A DNA stretch of 64,000 bases from Klebsormidium nitens (Eukaryota > Plantae > Klebsormidiophyceae), in assembly GCA_000708835.1 (NCBI GenBank), contig DF236992.1:142513-206512 (forward strand), written 5' to 3'. The position numbers and the translations under genes are program-made. Below the pieces are notes generated by a model. It saw only the letters and a program-made list of their open reading frames with translations, searched no databases and was not told the DNA's origin. This document shows positions 11,745 through 23,828 of the stretch, in pieces. Numbering within the stretch: position 1 is the first letter of the stretch; each line of letters opens with the position of its first letter.

Positions 11745-12715
11745 CCATCGTTTTTCGCTTATGCCCCGCCTCCGCTTCTCAGCGTTGATCTTCCGCTGAA
11801 GAACGGGCCGGTCGGCGGGCTTGACAGTCGTTAGGAACCCGGCGAGAAGCTTCTACCGGTGCTTCCAGCCAGAGACAAACGAGGGACCACCGCGCCGAAA
11901 AGGACTTTGGGTTGAGTTGGACCCCTTTCTGAAAGTTTGCTCTAGGAGGCGTCCAGAACACTTCTGCACTCCAAAGGCTGTTGCATCCAAGAGAAGGTAC
12001 AGATACAGGCACGGTGTCCACACGTCTCGATCTTGGAAGAACGGGATCGTATATGAGAGCGCAAACCATTTTGCAGACCCGAATAAGTTCCGAAACAAAA
12101 AACCATTTGCATCCTGCTTGCTGATCTTAAGCATCGCCCCTGCAAACACGGATACGCATTGGAAATAACCTCCATCTCTCCATCATCGCATGGCTGCTGG
12201 CATTGCAATCCGTGACCCCTAATGAAGATTTTTACTGAAAGCCGTACCTCGACCGAAACGCCCTTGAATAGAAATCGAAATGACCGGAAAGTGTCTCGAA
12301 TCAGCTCACAAACATCTAAAAGCAAACAGCTTAGGAGCCAGTCTTTGCATCAGCAAGAACCCACCTGTTCAGGAGTTCGAACACGTTGGCCCGGTGTTTC
12401 ATTCCCCCTCACCTTACGCGTTCCGCTGTAGTGTATACCCCGCTCCTTTCAGGGGCCCAGCTTCTTCCGCCCCGTTTCCTTCCCTCAGCCGCTTCCTCCC
12501 CTCAGCTCTTGTCACCCGATTGATGGCCTAGATCGCTCATTCTGCCCGCATTATGATCGACCCCTGAGCGCTCCTTTTCCACCGCTGCCAGCGCCGACAG
12601 GCTGCCCTTCTTTTTCTCCACCGGTAGCGGGTTCCCAAATGGTCAGGCTTGTTGACCGCCAGAATCGCAAGGATGCCTCCTGGGGCGGGAATGGAGGCAG
12701 AAGCTGAAGGGCTGC
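11745..12715 (-). pseudogene. Inverted, degenerate partial copy of the RTEL1 3' region (exon 14, intron, start of exon 15)
   Basis: The reverse complement matches 48024-49410, e.g. [13 protein letters not shown] vs [13 protein letters not shown], and gtcaagcccgccgaccggcccgttcttcagcggaagatc vs gtcaagcccgccgaccggccccttcttcagcggaagatc. It has frameshifts, a TGG>TAG change, an internal deletion of about 410 bp and a retained intron. Confidence 0.85.
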
Positions 12716-14181
12716 ACACAACTCAGAATATCAACAGTCAAAACACCTTTTCTGAAATGAAAGTGCTTCTGCTAAAAGCAAGCGCCTATCATCACCCAGG
12801 GGCACAAGGGGCAGCAAATCATGCGCAATTGAAAGGCAGATCGTCAAACCTTTGGATGGTCTTCCAGTGTGGCCGGCTCGCTTCGTCAGGTTGAAACTTT
12901 GAAGAAGAAGCGCACGACCTACGCTTTGCTCTCATTATAGTAAAAGTGTGTGGGCAAACGGTCCGATGCAGCAATGACTGCTGACCTGCAAGATTGTTCT
13001 GACGGAGCAATTCGCTGCAAAAATTTTGTTACATTCAGAATAGTCAATCAAAGAAACAGCTTGGCAGAAAGGACGTACCCTAAACACCCTAGGGCATTGG
13101 GCTTCGCACACTATCTCGCACAAAGAAACCAAAGAAGTCTTCAATACCAAAAGGAGCAATTGCTGCCCACCAGTCTGACAACACCTCCGGTGGTGAAGCC
13201 CGCACTCCCCGCTAGCTTTTCAGAACTTATTGCAGCCGCAAGTGCGCGCCTCTGACCATTAGCCCTCTTCTCCAGTCCCCTTGTTACAGTATATTGGGGA
13301 AGCTTGCTCAACCGTATCTGATGACCGCGCCATAACGTTGTCGCCGGCAGTCCAACCTACTAGTAAAGCAGGTGGCCTCCACACAGGCATTGATGCGCCC
13401 TTGCTTGCCGAAGGGTCTCCGCTGGCAATTTCGTATCACCGCCACTACTGCGGCTCTGAAGCCTTCACATTTGTTTTCCACCTTTTCCGAAACTGCCCAC
13501 CGGAGCCTTTCACAGCAAACCCACCAACTCAACCCATTGGCCTGCATCCAGGTTGCCAACGCGCTGGTCATACACTGATGTTGCGCAAAGGAGTGGCCCC
13601 GGCTGAGTTTTCCCTTTTGCCGCCCTACGTCTCTGTAGATGCTTGGGAAATCTCAACGTCTTTCTGCAGAACAACAAACAGTGAGCAAGCACAGCGCAGC
13701 AAGGTCGTCGAAAACCTGCTTAATTCTACCCTTCTACTAAGCGCTGGACACCATGGCTGGCATGGGGCTGCCATGGCGCCTGCCCTCACCCTACTGCTCC
13801 ACCGAATGCTGTACACCGTGCATCATGCATGCAGCAAAACTTCAATAATAAATGCGCGGTCCTCGGAGGAAACCCGCGCGGCCGATCTTCATGTCAGCTT
13901 GAGACGGCACATCCACCGACACCGTTCTGAGTCAGGGCTAGGTACCTATTGAATTCTCCATACCGTACCGATCTCTATCAAGAAACGGCGAAAAGAGCCG
14001 GCCGGCTTTTTCAATTCAAGGTGCGCTAAGCTAGCAATTCAGGCTGTTGCAATGATCGCGCAAGGAGCTGTGGGTACGCGAATCGAAGGAGGCGCTTTGG
14101 CACCAAGCAAGCAAGCAGCAAGCAAAGGAGCACCACCTGGCGCCAGTAGGTTGCCAGGTTGCGGCCATTAGTCTTGCCGCC

Positions 14182-17100
14182 ATGGCGGATACATTGCAGC
14201 TGCAGGTCTACCAGATCTTGGGGAGGTTATTCAGCCCGGTAGTGCCAAAAGTCTGGACAGAAGATGAGTGTCTGCGACAGCGGCTGGGACACGCCTCAGT
14301 GGAACGACCACCGGGACTACTCATCTGGATCCACGGCGTCTCGCTCGGTGAGCCCCATTGTGAGCTGTGATCTGAGCTGCTCTTCTGTTCATTGATCGCA
14401 CGACTAGTCATGTGTTCCAGTACTTCACAAGGTGCACCCCTTTCACAATTGGCACTTGAATTGGCCGGCGAAAAGCTGTAGGGAACAGTTGCTATGACGT
14501 GGACACAACGCCACGAATGTCTGGTTTCACTCGAGTACGGTTGAGTGCAATGCTACCCCAAAGCTACTGCAGATATGCGTTCCACGGATCTGCTGGACGA
14601 TGGGGGAGCAAAATTGACCTCCAACCTTCACGGCATTGTGCCTGTCCAGGTGAAACCCTCGCCGCGCTTCCGCTCGCCGAGCACTGTCTTGCCGCAATCC
14701 CATCCGCCCATGTGTTGATGACCACCGTCACTCAAGCGGGCATGTGAGGATCCTGAAACTCAATCAACCATCTGGAGTCTTGATTCCAAGACGAAAATGA
14801 TTCTGCAGTGCGACTTCTTGAAGGGACTCTTGAAGTGAAGCTCCTGAGACTGTTGAGGCACAAAGGCAAACAGGATCCATATTTACAGTAGTATCTACGT
14901 GTCGGAGGTGAACCACCCTTGGTCTTTTTGCTGCTTGTACTTCTATCCTTTCAAATCCTCTCAAAAGCCTCACCGGTCCTTCTTTGCCTCTGCCCAGGGA
15001 CCTCCTCCGGCGGAGAAGGCCGGAGCGCGCCAGCTGTCAGGTGGGCGCTTGAGCCGGGGGGGCGGACCCTCCAATGATTGCAAGCTTGTGTAGATCTTTC
15101 AAACCCACCAGTATGTTGATCTTAATGTAGGAGCAGTTTCTACATGGAAACTTCCTCCGAAAATCCAGCAGACAGAGACTGTGCAAGAAGCCTGTCATTC
15201 GTTTCCACAATCTCAAAAGAATCCCAATCTGTCCGACTCGATTATGGGTTTGATGGGGACGGGGAACAGGATCACAGCCTGTGTCGAGGTCCTCACCAGC
15301 AGACTTTGATCAGATGCTGGTCAAGGGTGTTCCAGAATTTGCAAGTATGCTGGGTTCATCAACGGGCTATGGCCACCGTCTGCTATACTAATCCTGCTGA
15401 AGTTCGACGGTGCTATTTCTGCAGTTTCTGCCACTGGACACCCCTCAAGCCGTCGGACGTTTCTGGTCCCATTGGCGCCCAGACGCAGGCATCTTCTTGG
15501 AAGGGGAGCTGTGGCCGACGCTCATCCACACAGCACAGGCCAACAAGGTGAGTGGAGCTTATAAGTCCTTTCGGTTTCAGCTGCTCTGACCTGCTACCTG
15601 CATCATTATTCGAAGTGTCAGGCTTGGGGCACAAAGACACACTGATACTTAACCTTTGCTTTCCTTCCTGTCCCAAATTGCCCACTGCTGAGCTCTGTAG
15701 TGAGCTCAAGAGAAGCTGTGTGCCGTGCCCCAGGAAGATCCATCCTCATTGTGCGTTTATGGCCTCAGGACTTGTAAGAAGTTTGGTGGTTATGCAAGCT
15801 GGGTGCCTTGTTGAGCATATCATGTGCGCTCCCTCTGTATGAGCACTTTCCACTCGACCTGACTAATTCTGACCCAATTCCGCAACTTCAAGCCTTGCTG
15901 GCTTCTTCCCCATCATTGGCTTCTGGCATCAAGTTTTGAGTCCTCTCTTCTACCGTCTTTGCAGTGTCCTTTGGTTTTTGTGAATGCCCGCATGGGCCCC
16001 CGTTCCTTCCGCCGTTGGTCCTACCCCTTCCTCCGGCCCCTAGTCCGGGAGATGCTCCAGCGCTTCCACGTCATCTGTCCGATCGTGAGTAGCTGCATCC
16101 CGACTTCCCAAATGTCGCTGAGAGCAGCCAGACTGCTGTTGTAGCGTGGCCCTGACAGAAACGGAAGCCGTTTGAGTCAGTAAGCACAATCAACAACCCG
16201 ATTCCCGTTGGCTTTTTGCCAGCCACTTCAGTCAAACCGTCGGTCGCGCCCTTGGCAGTACCCGATGACCAAGGGTGTCTCCTCTCTTCCGCACACTCTC
16301 GTTTGCTTGAACGCATGCCTTGTTGACGGACATGCTGAACCCCAATGGGGTCCTTTCATTTGATTAGTAGTCCTACCTTTCTCTTCGAACACGTAGAAAG
16401 CTCGTCCTTCTCCCCGTTTGGAGTCCGCCTTATCCCTATCGATGTTGCTGTGCAAGGCGCTGACTTCTCGCCACGTGGCAGGCTGCAGGACACCCACGAA
16501 GCGATCCGGTTGCAGCTCCTGGGGGCCAGCGCCGGGCAGATCCGGTTCGCCGGCGACCTCAAATACGGTGAGCAGAGCGCGGCTGTCGTCCCCATATACA
16601 CAAGTAGGAGATACAGGATTGGAATACCAATGTAGAATCTTATGCTTGCTTCGACAACAGTGTAAGGATAGTCCAAGTCTAGGCGTACATAACTGTGGAA
16701 AAAGGTCAACGATGAAAGATCGCCCGCTTGCTGAACGATGAAGGCAGTGGGCACGTAAGCAATATGGCCGATCTGTCAATTGCTTCTGAGGCACTCGGGT
16801 TTTTTATTCGATGTGTTGTGGACTTCGCGATGTCCTTGTGAATCCGCTTGTGAACCCTTGTGAATCCTGACGCCTTGAAACTGCAACGATATGGAGCGGG
16901 CTTATACAAAGTCGGTTTCGACCTTCGTCTCAGTGACGGCCATTGTATCCTGGAAGATTGCCCCCTCTTAGACTGTAAACTTGAACTGCTTTCCCGCCAG
17001 AATGGGACTGGCCTACGCATACTCCTCCACGAGTTGGGATTGCCTCCCCTCTTGTTCCTTTTTCTCAATATTGTACTAAGCAACATCTGCTTTCAAGACG

Positions 17101-19795
17101 CCGCTCCACTCCAGAAACAGCCATACCGTTCTTTCGATCTCCGTTGACAAGCTGACGCCTCTCCCTTCCGCTGTCAGCTTCTGCAGGGTATGCCGTCTCC
17201 CCTCCCGCCACTGATGAGCCCATCAGGGCCGCCGCGGGCCGCCCCATCTGGATCGCATCCAGCACCCACGAAGGCGAAGAGGAGGGTACGCACTTGGCTT
17301 GACCTCTCTTGCCTTGACTGTTTTGCGAATCTTCCTTGCTCGATCTTTGACGGCTGCCGAAGTTGACTACCTCTTTTGGAGGCCTTGTCGGAAGCCAGCT
17401 TCGATACGTCGGTCCAACCAGATACAATCCCCAACCGCAAGCATATTATCCGGTACTCGCAAGAGGGGTTCAAAAGCGGACTCGGGTTATAATGTCACGG
17501 GAGTCACGACCTTGCGAAAGCTGCCTCCAGGGGCTTACCTAGACCACTCATTCGTACTGCAAATGCTGAATTGGGACGACCTCTTCGTACCTTCCTTTTC
17601 GCCCGGCCTGGGATCGGCTCAACCCCTCTCACCATCTCACAAGGACACGTGTCGAATCAGGTGAAGCCAGCGTGGCATTCTTCCGGGAGTTGGATCCGCA
17701 AGTGTCACGTCATGCACCTGGTCGGCCTCTTCTGCTTTCTGTCAATGCGATCATGCCCTCGTACCCCGCCAACTCAACTCCAAGAGCGGAATTCTGAGGT
17801 CTCCGCCGCCTGAACGCAGGTTTCCCGTCTCTCGCAGTAATCTGCTCAGTCCACCTTCAACTTTCCCCGACGCTTCCGGCTCTGCTGACGGTCCTGGCCC
17901 CCCGGCACCCCGCCCGCTGCGCCACCGTTGCGGCCATGCTCCAGCGGGCCGGCCTGACCGTCGCCAGGCGTTCGCTGGGAGCGGCGATAACGCCAAAAGT
18001 GAACGTCTACCTAGTCGACACGCTTGGTGAGTTGGCGGAACTCGTGACGTCTGCTGATTCTGTCGTTTTTGTTCCCTTACTCTTTCCCGGTTTATTTTCC
18101 AAGCAGGCCTGTTTTGCGTCCGTTCCCCAGCATGACGTCAGTGGAAGTAAAACAATATGCGGTGCTGTTAGCGCATGACGCTGGGAGACGGAACCTGCCC
18201 ATTCGACCCGCCTGAGCGAGTTCCGCTGGCGTTGTTATTCGACACTCCGTTATCTTGGACCAGCTGGCAATGAGGCCTCAGAGTGAGGGGGTGTTTGTTT
18301 GCAGCGGAAAGCTCCTCAACCCGTCTGACTCGTGATCAACTGGAGGGCACACAAGCAGACGGACGTGGAGATAGAATCCACTGGGACTTGCCTCTTAACT
18401 TCAGCCGCTTGAAAAGCGGGCTCTCGAAAACTACTCAAGACCGAAGACTCATGAAAGGAAGTCAACAGAAAGGCACTTGCGTGTCAAACGCAGTTCTGAA
18501 ACCTCCTTTTTCTCTCAGGTAGAGTCGCTTAAGTAATTTTCCCAGGTTGGTGGATGGCGCACAGCCCCTCCATAACGGAGACGTAACTCGCTAAGCTGGA
18601 TAGTGGTCCGCTCAACAGAGACCAACGAAACAAGCGTGTTAGACAGTTTCTACAGGAAAGACAGCTTTATAGCTCATCTCCGCACGCATAAGACTCCTAG
18701 TCCGCTAGTAAAAGCGATGTGCTCAATCTGCAGGCGAGCTCGCGACGCTTTACGCCTTGGCGCCCGTCGCTTTCGTGGGCGGTTCTCTCTTTCCGCACCT
18801 CGCGGGGCACAATCTGGCGGAACCGGCGGCCAGCGGCTGCGCCTTGCTCACAGGTGAGCGCCTTTGCAATCCTCGATTGCGCCTCCTACAGACGCAATAG
18901 CGGTAGACGGAAGTCCAGAAGGTCTTGTGGCGCAATTTACGTGCTGGCACGCTTTTGGTGCAGTTGGTTCTCCGGCTTTCATGCTGGGGAAATCACGTCG
19001 ATTGCCGTATATTATCAGCGTTGCGTGCGAAGGACGACCTTCAATTGTTTTGCTGTCTTATCTGCGACTGTCGTCGGTCGGGCCTGTGAAGGACACGAAG
19101 GCTATGCCGGGCTCGAAACTCCGCTGAAATCGACCTTAAGGTTTAGCCCTAATTTCTGTATGAAAATTCGCTCGTGAAACACGTGTTGTGGGGCCGTTCG
19201 CCTTGTGGCCTTGCACGCTTCGGCCTTATGCTGTGGAGAAGCCGAGTGAGGTCTGGTGTTCAGAACTCAGAAGGTTGAACAGCGTTCTTGGCTGACGCAC
19301 TGCCGCTACACTTCGATTCCTGAACGTCCCTGTAAATGTCTTTGGGGCTCTAGGTCACTTCGTTTCCGCTTATTTAGCAGTCAGCATCCTATCCGGAGCT
19401 TGATTTTGCGCGGGTGTGCCCCAATTGGTGGGCCGTTCCACGTCCCGCTGCAGTCACTTTGTCGTGGAAACAACAGGTATTGAAGACGCATCGTCCACCA
19501 TCCATAAGCCCTCCCAATTTCTGCAGGTCCGCATGTTGGGCACTTTCAGGGCATGGTCCGTGAGTTGGGCGATGCGGTGCAGCAGTTGGCCGATGCGGGG
19601 GAGCTCTCCTCCGCACTCCAAACGCTCTTCTCCAACTCCTTGCTTCTAAAAGCTCGACGAAACACGTCCCGAGAGACGTTTCAGAGACTCAGCGCGCAGA
19701 TTATACAGAGAGTCTGGGCGAACATTGCCCCATCTCTTTTTGGACCAGACGTGCATCTTGACGAGAGTCCGATAACCTCAGAACTGCGGATATAA
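14182..19795 (+). CDS. KDTA: 3-deoxy-D-manno-octulosonic acid (Kdo) transferase, KdtA/WaaA family (10 exons, 436 aa)
   Basis: Exons 14182-14347, 14650-14743, 14998-15040, 15425-15547, 15965-16084, 16489-16567, 17178-17285, 17838-18026, 18734-18853, 19527-19795. Motifs LIWIHGVSLGE, FLPLDTP, EGELWP, VNARM, GDLKY, WIASSTHEGEE, APRHP, DTLGEL, VGGSL, GHNLAEPAA, GPHVGHF. Confidence 0.93.
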
Positions 19796-20779
19796 ATCTT
19801 GGCTAAGCTGTTGACGTTACCTCAGTTCTCCTCTGTGAGCTGTTGCCTTACAAGCACGGCAAGCGTGTTTGCAAGTCAATGTCGCCGGCATGCTTCTATT
19901 GGTTGGTCCGAAAATAATCTGCATGTATGCTGCATGTTTCTAAAAGTGAAGTTATAGACTGGCCGAGGTTTGCTTTTGGAGACTTATAGCACGTACATGC
20001 TTTGAAGACAGATGATCAATGCGATGCGACATGGATGTACGGCAAAATTAAGGCGTTTTGACTTTGTGGGGGGGCCGGTGCGGCCTCAGTGCATGCAGCA
20101 TGCCGTAACGCGCAGATCTTATTGCCGCGAACAAATCAGACTCGAATTAAAGGCACGACTTCAAAGTATTTATACATGTCGCGGTGCAATCGGGCATGCA
20201 ACATCTGCAATTGAACTAGGGCAATTCCATGGAACCCATCATTCTGTGACGTGTATGCTACCTCGGCTTTTGATTCTTTCCCTCTGCATCACATCACATC
20301 AGAATTGAGCCTAAGACTTTAATTTAGAAGTTGCAATAGGGATATAACATCATAGTGACACACTCACCATGTATGCCATGATCGAGAAGCCTATGGCCCA
20401 TGTGGCTTCAGCGTGTAAAAGAGAACATCACTGACATAAGATCATAAAACTTTTGGACCCAGCGCGGAGCTTGTTTTCCTTCGTCGCACTGGCAAGGACG
20501 AGGACCGTCCTTCGAACGGTTTGGCCGACGTCTTGGTGACAACTTAACGATTAACTGACTCATGCAGCCCAGCTTCAGAGAAGCTGGGCTGCATTATGAG
20601 ATCTAGTCGGCCTTTCCCTACCGCAATGATTCGTGCGCCAAACAACGTCTCAGAATGCGCCCTTTGTCCCCTAGCTCTCTTTCGTGACAGAGCTCAACCA
20701 GGAAGATCCTGGAGACTCTTTCGAGTTCTTCCGTCTTTTCTCCCCCGATCCGCGATCCGATGCCCCTGGACCTGCCCTT

Positions 20780-21975
20780 CCGCTTTCAGCTTTCACCGGT
20801 TCCGCCTTCTTCCATCTTCAGACCAGATGAACCCATCAGGGCTGCAGCCGGACGGCCGAGCTGCCGAAGGGCGAAGTGAGAGGCGAACGCGTCATCACTT
20901 GAGATGGTGCAAAATCCTTTCGCCCGCTCTTTTGACGATTGCAAGAACCAGATAGGTTGTTGTCGGATCTTTCCGCTATCTGCAGAATCGATCCAGCTTC
21001 GAAGCGCTGCGAGCTGTACAAGCCATCTTGCATACATAAGCCACAGCAGAGTATTGGCAGAGTAATCTGAATTCTTGCATCTTTGTTCTCACAGAAATTA
21101 TGAATTTGCGAAGCTGGCTTCAGCGTCTGTTCGACTAGCTGCTAACGTTCAACCTGATGTCCGCGACAAGAACGACTTTTGAGTGGCCGTCTCTACAGTC
21201 CGACTTGGGTGATCGGCTTCCTCGACGGACCCTTTGACGTCATTTCATCAGAACATGCTTCGCCTTTTCACAATTCAATGACGTCAGCTTCTCAGATCCT
21301 ACTCTGAGCCGGGGTCCTAGGATCTGAGAAGCTGACGTCAAAGACCTTCTCGGTCCTTATGATACCTGTCGGGCTTCTATTACAATCTTCTCGCCAGCCC
21401 ACGGCTGCGTTGCAGTTCATTCGGCCCTCGCAATCTCTGCACAACGAGTATGATTTCTTCTGGTCCGTTTCCGCCTGATCGCCTCTTCTTCTTCTTCAGT
21501 TGCAGTTGTTTCTCAGCCCATCGTCAGCTTTCTTCGACGCTTTAGGCTCTGCTGACAATCTTAGCCCCCCGGCACCTTGCGCGCTGCGCCACCATTGTGC
21601 GCGATGGTACTCCAGCGCGCCGGCCTGACCGGCACCGACGTTGCCAGGCGATCCTTGGCAGAGGGCATACAGAGGAAGGTTTTGCTGCTAACCAGGTTTG
21701 ATAACCAGGTTTCAGTCTGGTTCTCTGAGTGACCAGCAACCGCTTTATTTCAATGTCAAGAACCTGGTTACCGCCTGAGTCTGGTTACTGGACAATTGAA
21801 GCAGCTTCGAACCAGCCCGTAACCGACTATGGTTTACCCACAACATTCCCTGTGATGACACCGTAATTTGTCGTCTACCCTGACCGTCGCTGGGTGGTAC
21901 CTGGCACCCGCAAAATCACAACCGGGGTCTTAACGCCAGCTACCTACTACTCAAAGCCTTGGTGAGATGGCGGTC
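20780..21975 (+). pseudogene. Decayed partial tandem copy of KDTA exons 7-8
   Basis: cccttccgctttcagctt and gatgaacccatcagggc (20780-20845) match 17163-17230. gcccccggcacc...gctgcgccacc...ctccagcgcgccggcctgacc (21565-21630) matches 17898-17960. cctgaccgtcgc...ctaccta...ttggtgagatggcgg (21880-21975) matches 17953-18038. No open frame remains. Confidence 0.7.
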
Positions 21976-23828
21976 CGCTGATCCTGACCTGCGCTCCTGC
22001 TCACTAATACTTGCCGCGATTGACTTCTTTGCCCTGCATCGCACTTCGATCTTTCGAGCAGGCGGCGCATCTCAGCATGAGGTGATTGCAGTAAGTTAAT
22101 GAAAGTGCGGCCTTGCGAGCGTGCAGAATTGATGGTCGACGATCGTACCTAGCTGTTGACTCGCCATGCGAGTTCCACCGACGTTACAATTGCTTCGAAC
22201 CTCCATAAGCAGTATGGGTCAGCGGAACCGAAGAACTACACGGAAACTCAAGTAACGATGACTCATGCATTCGCCGTCGAGTGGCGCCCACGTTTCTAAG
22301 ATCGTTACCTCAATCGCGTGCGGGTGAGTTCCGAGTCCATGATTGCATCTGCTGGAACGTTCTGCAAGATGCTGCGGCGAGTGAGTCAGCCTACTGATCA
22401 GAACGGCAACTGATACAATGGAAGTGGCCGCTTATGAGCTTCATAAGTTCGAAGTTAAGTAGCATGCATGTGCAGAAGCGTTAATGTCTGATTTTATCAT
22501 TGCAAACGCCGTAGGCACATCTCGATCCAGCTTACCGGCAGGTTTCTCAAACGATGCAGAAAGCTTTACGAGGATTTGTTCCGTATGCTAAGTGATCAGG
22601 GAAGTCTGGAGGAACTCCGGCTTAAAGGCTCATTCCTATGATATTCAAAGCGGAGGCCTAGTATTGCGTACAGTCCTAAACAGATCATGTGGCAAAACGA
22701 TTTCAGACAAGCTGTCAGATCAGAACCAGGCCCAATACGTCACGAGCCTGCAGTACTACCTGCGCTATATGCACTGTAAGCACTTCAGTAACGTCTAGCA
22801 TTTACCAAGCGAGTCGTGCATTGGTCTACTTCAGGGTTCACAACGTGAAACGTACGTAGGCGACAGTCAGCTCGCCACATTTAGGAACAAAGCATGCGGT
22901 CATGCTGGCGCTGACCTCCAGAAAGAACCTTAAGTTCTGATCGTGCGGCGAGACTATCTGGATCATCCGAATCATTTGGATCTTTGATGATCATTGTCAG
23001 GAGACTTCAGGTTCCACACTGCCAGCGGCCAAATATATGCAAGCTGGCAGCCATAGAGTCCGGAAGTTCATAGGTATTGCGCGGCGAATCGGTGCCGGCG
23101 TCTCTTTGCTTCAATGATTGCCACGTTGCAAGCAAGTCATGGGTTCCGTAGTCCACGTGCATGAACCACATGCACATCCATATGCCCCACGTGGACAGGC
23201 CGACATCTCTTTTGCCGACAACTTTGGCGACCGAGCACTTGGCTTATTGGTTTAACAAAGTCGCTTGCGAACTGGGTAATTATACAGGGGAGTCCCTGTT
23301 TGAAGCTTTGTCTCGTAATGATTGCCCGTCTCAGTCCTGGTCCGACTCCTGCCGACCCTTGCTCAGTCACAGCCTGCCTGCTACCTGCTCTTATACGAAG
23401 TAAATCCGCGCAGCATTGCTCAGAGTGATGTCAGTCAGGTTTTCCTGGAGAGACCCTGCTCAGTGGTCAGTCTTCAGCGGAAATGCAGGTCTTGTCTTCG
23501 GGCCGCGCCCGACAGAGCAACAATGCTGCTCAGCATTGCCTCACTCCGAGGATGAGAGGAGGTTGGACCAATGTAGCTGAAAGGCTTGTTGCAAAGCCGC
23601 TGTTTGTTTGGGTTCATGACATTAGCATGTACAAATTGTCCCGTGCTTCGGGATTCCGCTTTCTTGCTCTGTAGCTGTTTCCAAGACGTCCATTCAATCA
23701 CGAAGCTTGCGCAAGGTCAACTTCTGCTGTGTGCGCCAAGTAGGGTGATCAGTTCCGTCCACTCCTCCTCCACAAGCAGACCGATCAAAGCACCATCCTA
23801 TTCGTCGAGCTCCTTCTTGTCCACCGCC

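Noticed and set aside
13281-13952. 223-aa plus-strand ORF upstream of KDTA
   Set aside because: No recognisable motif, no clear splice structure and unremarkable composition. It may be chance or degraded sequence.
14182-19795. A bacterial LPS-pathway enzyme (KdtA) in a eukaryote as evidence of recent HGT or contamination
   Set aside because: The gene has nine canonical introns, and plants are known to encode KDTA and other lipid A pathway homologues.
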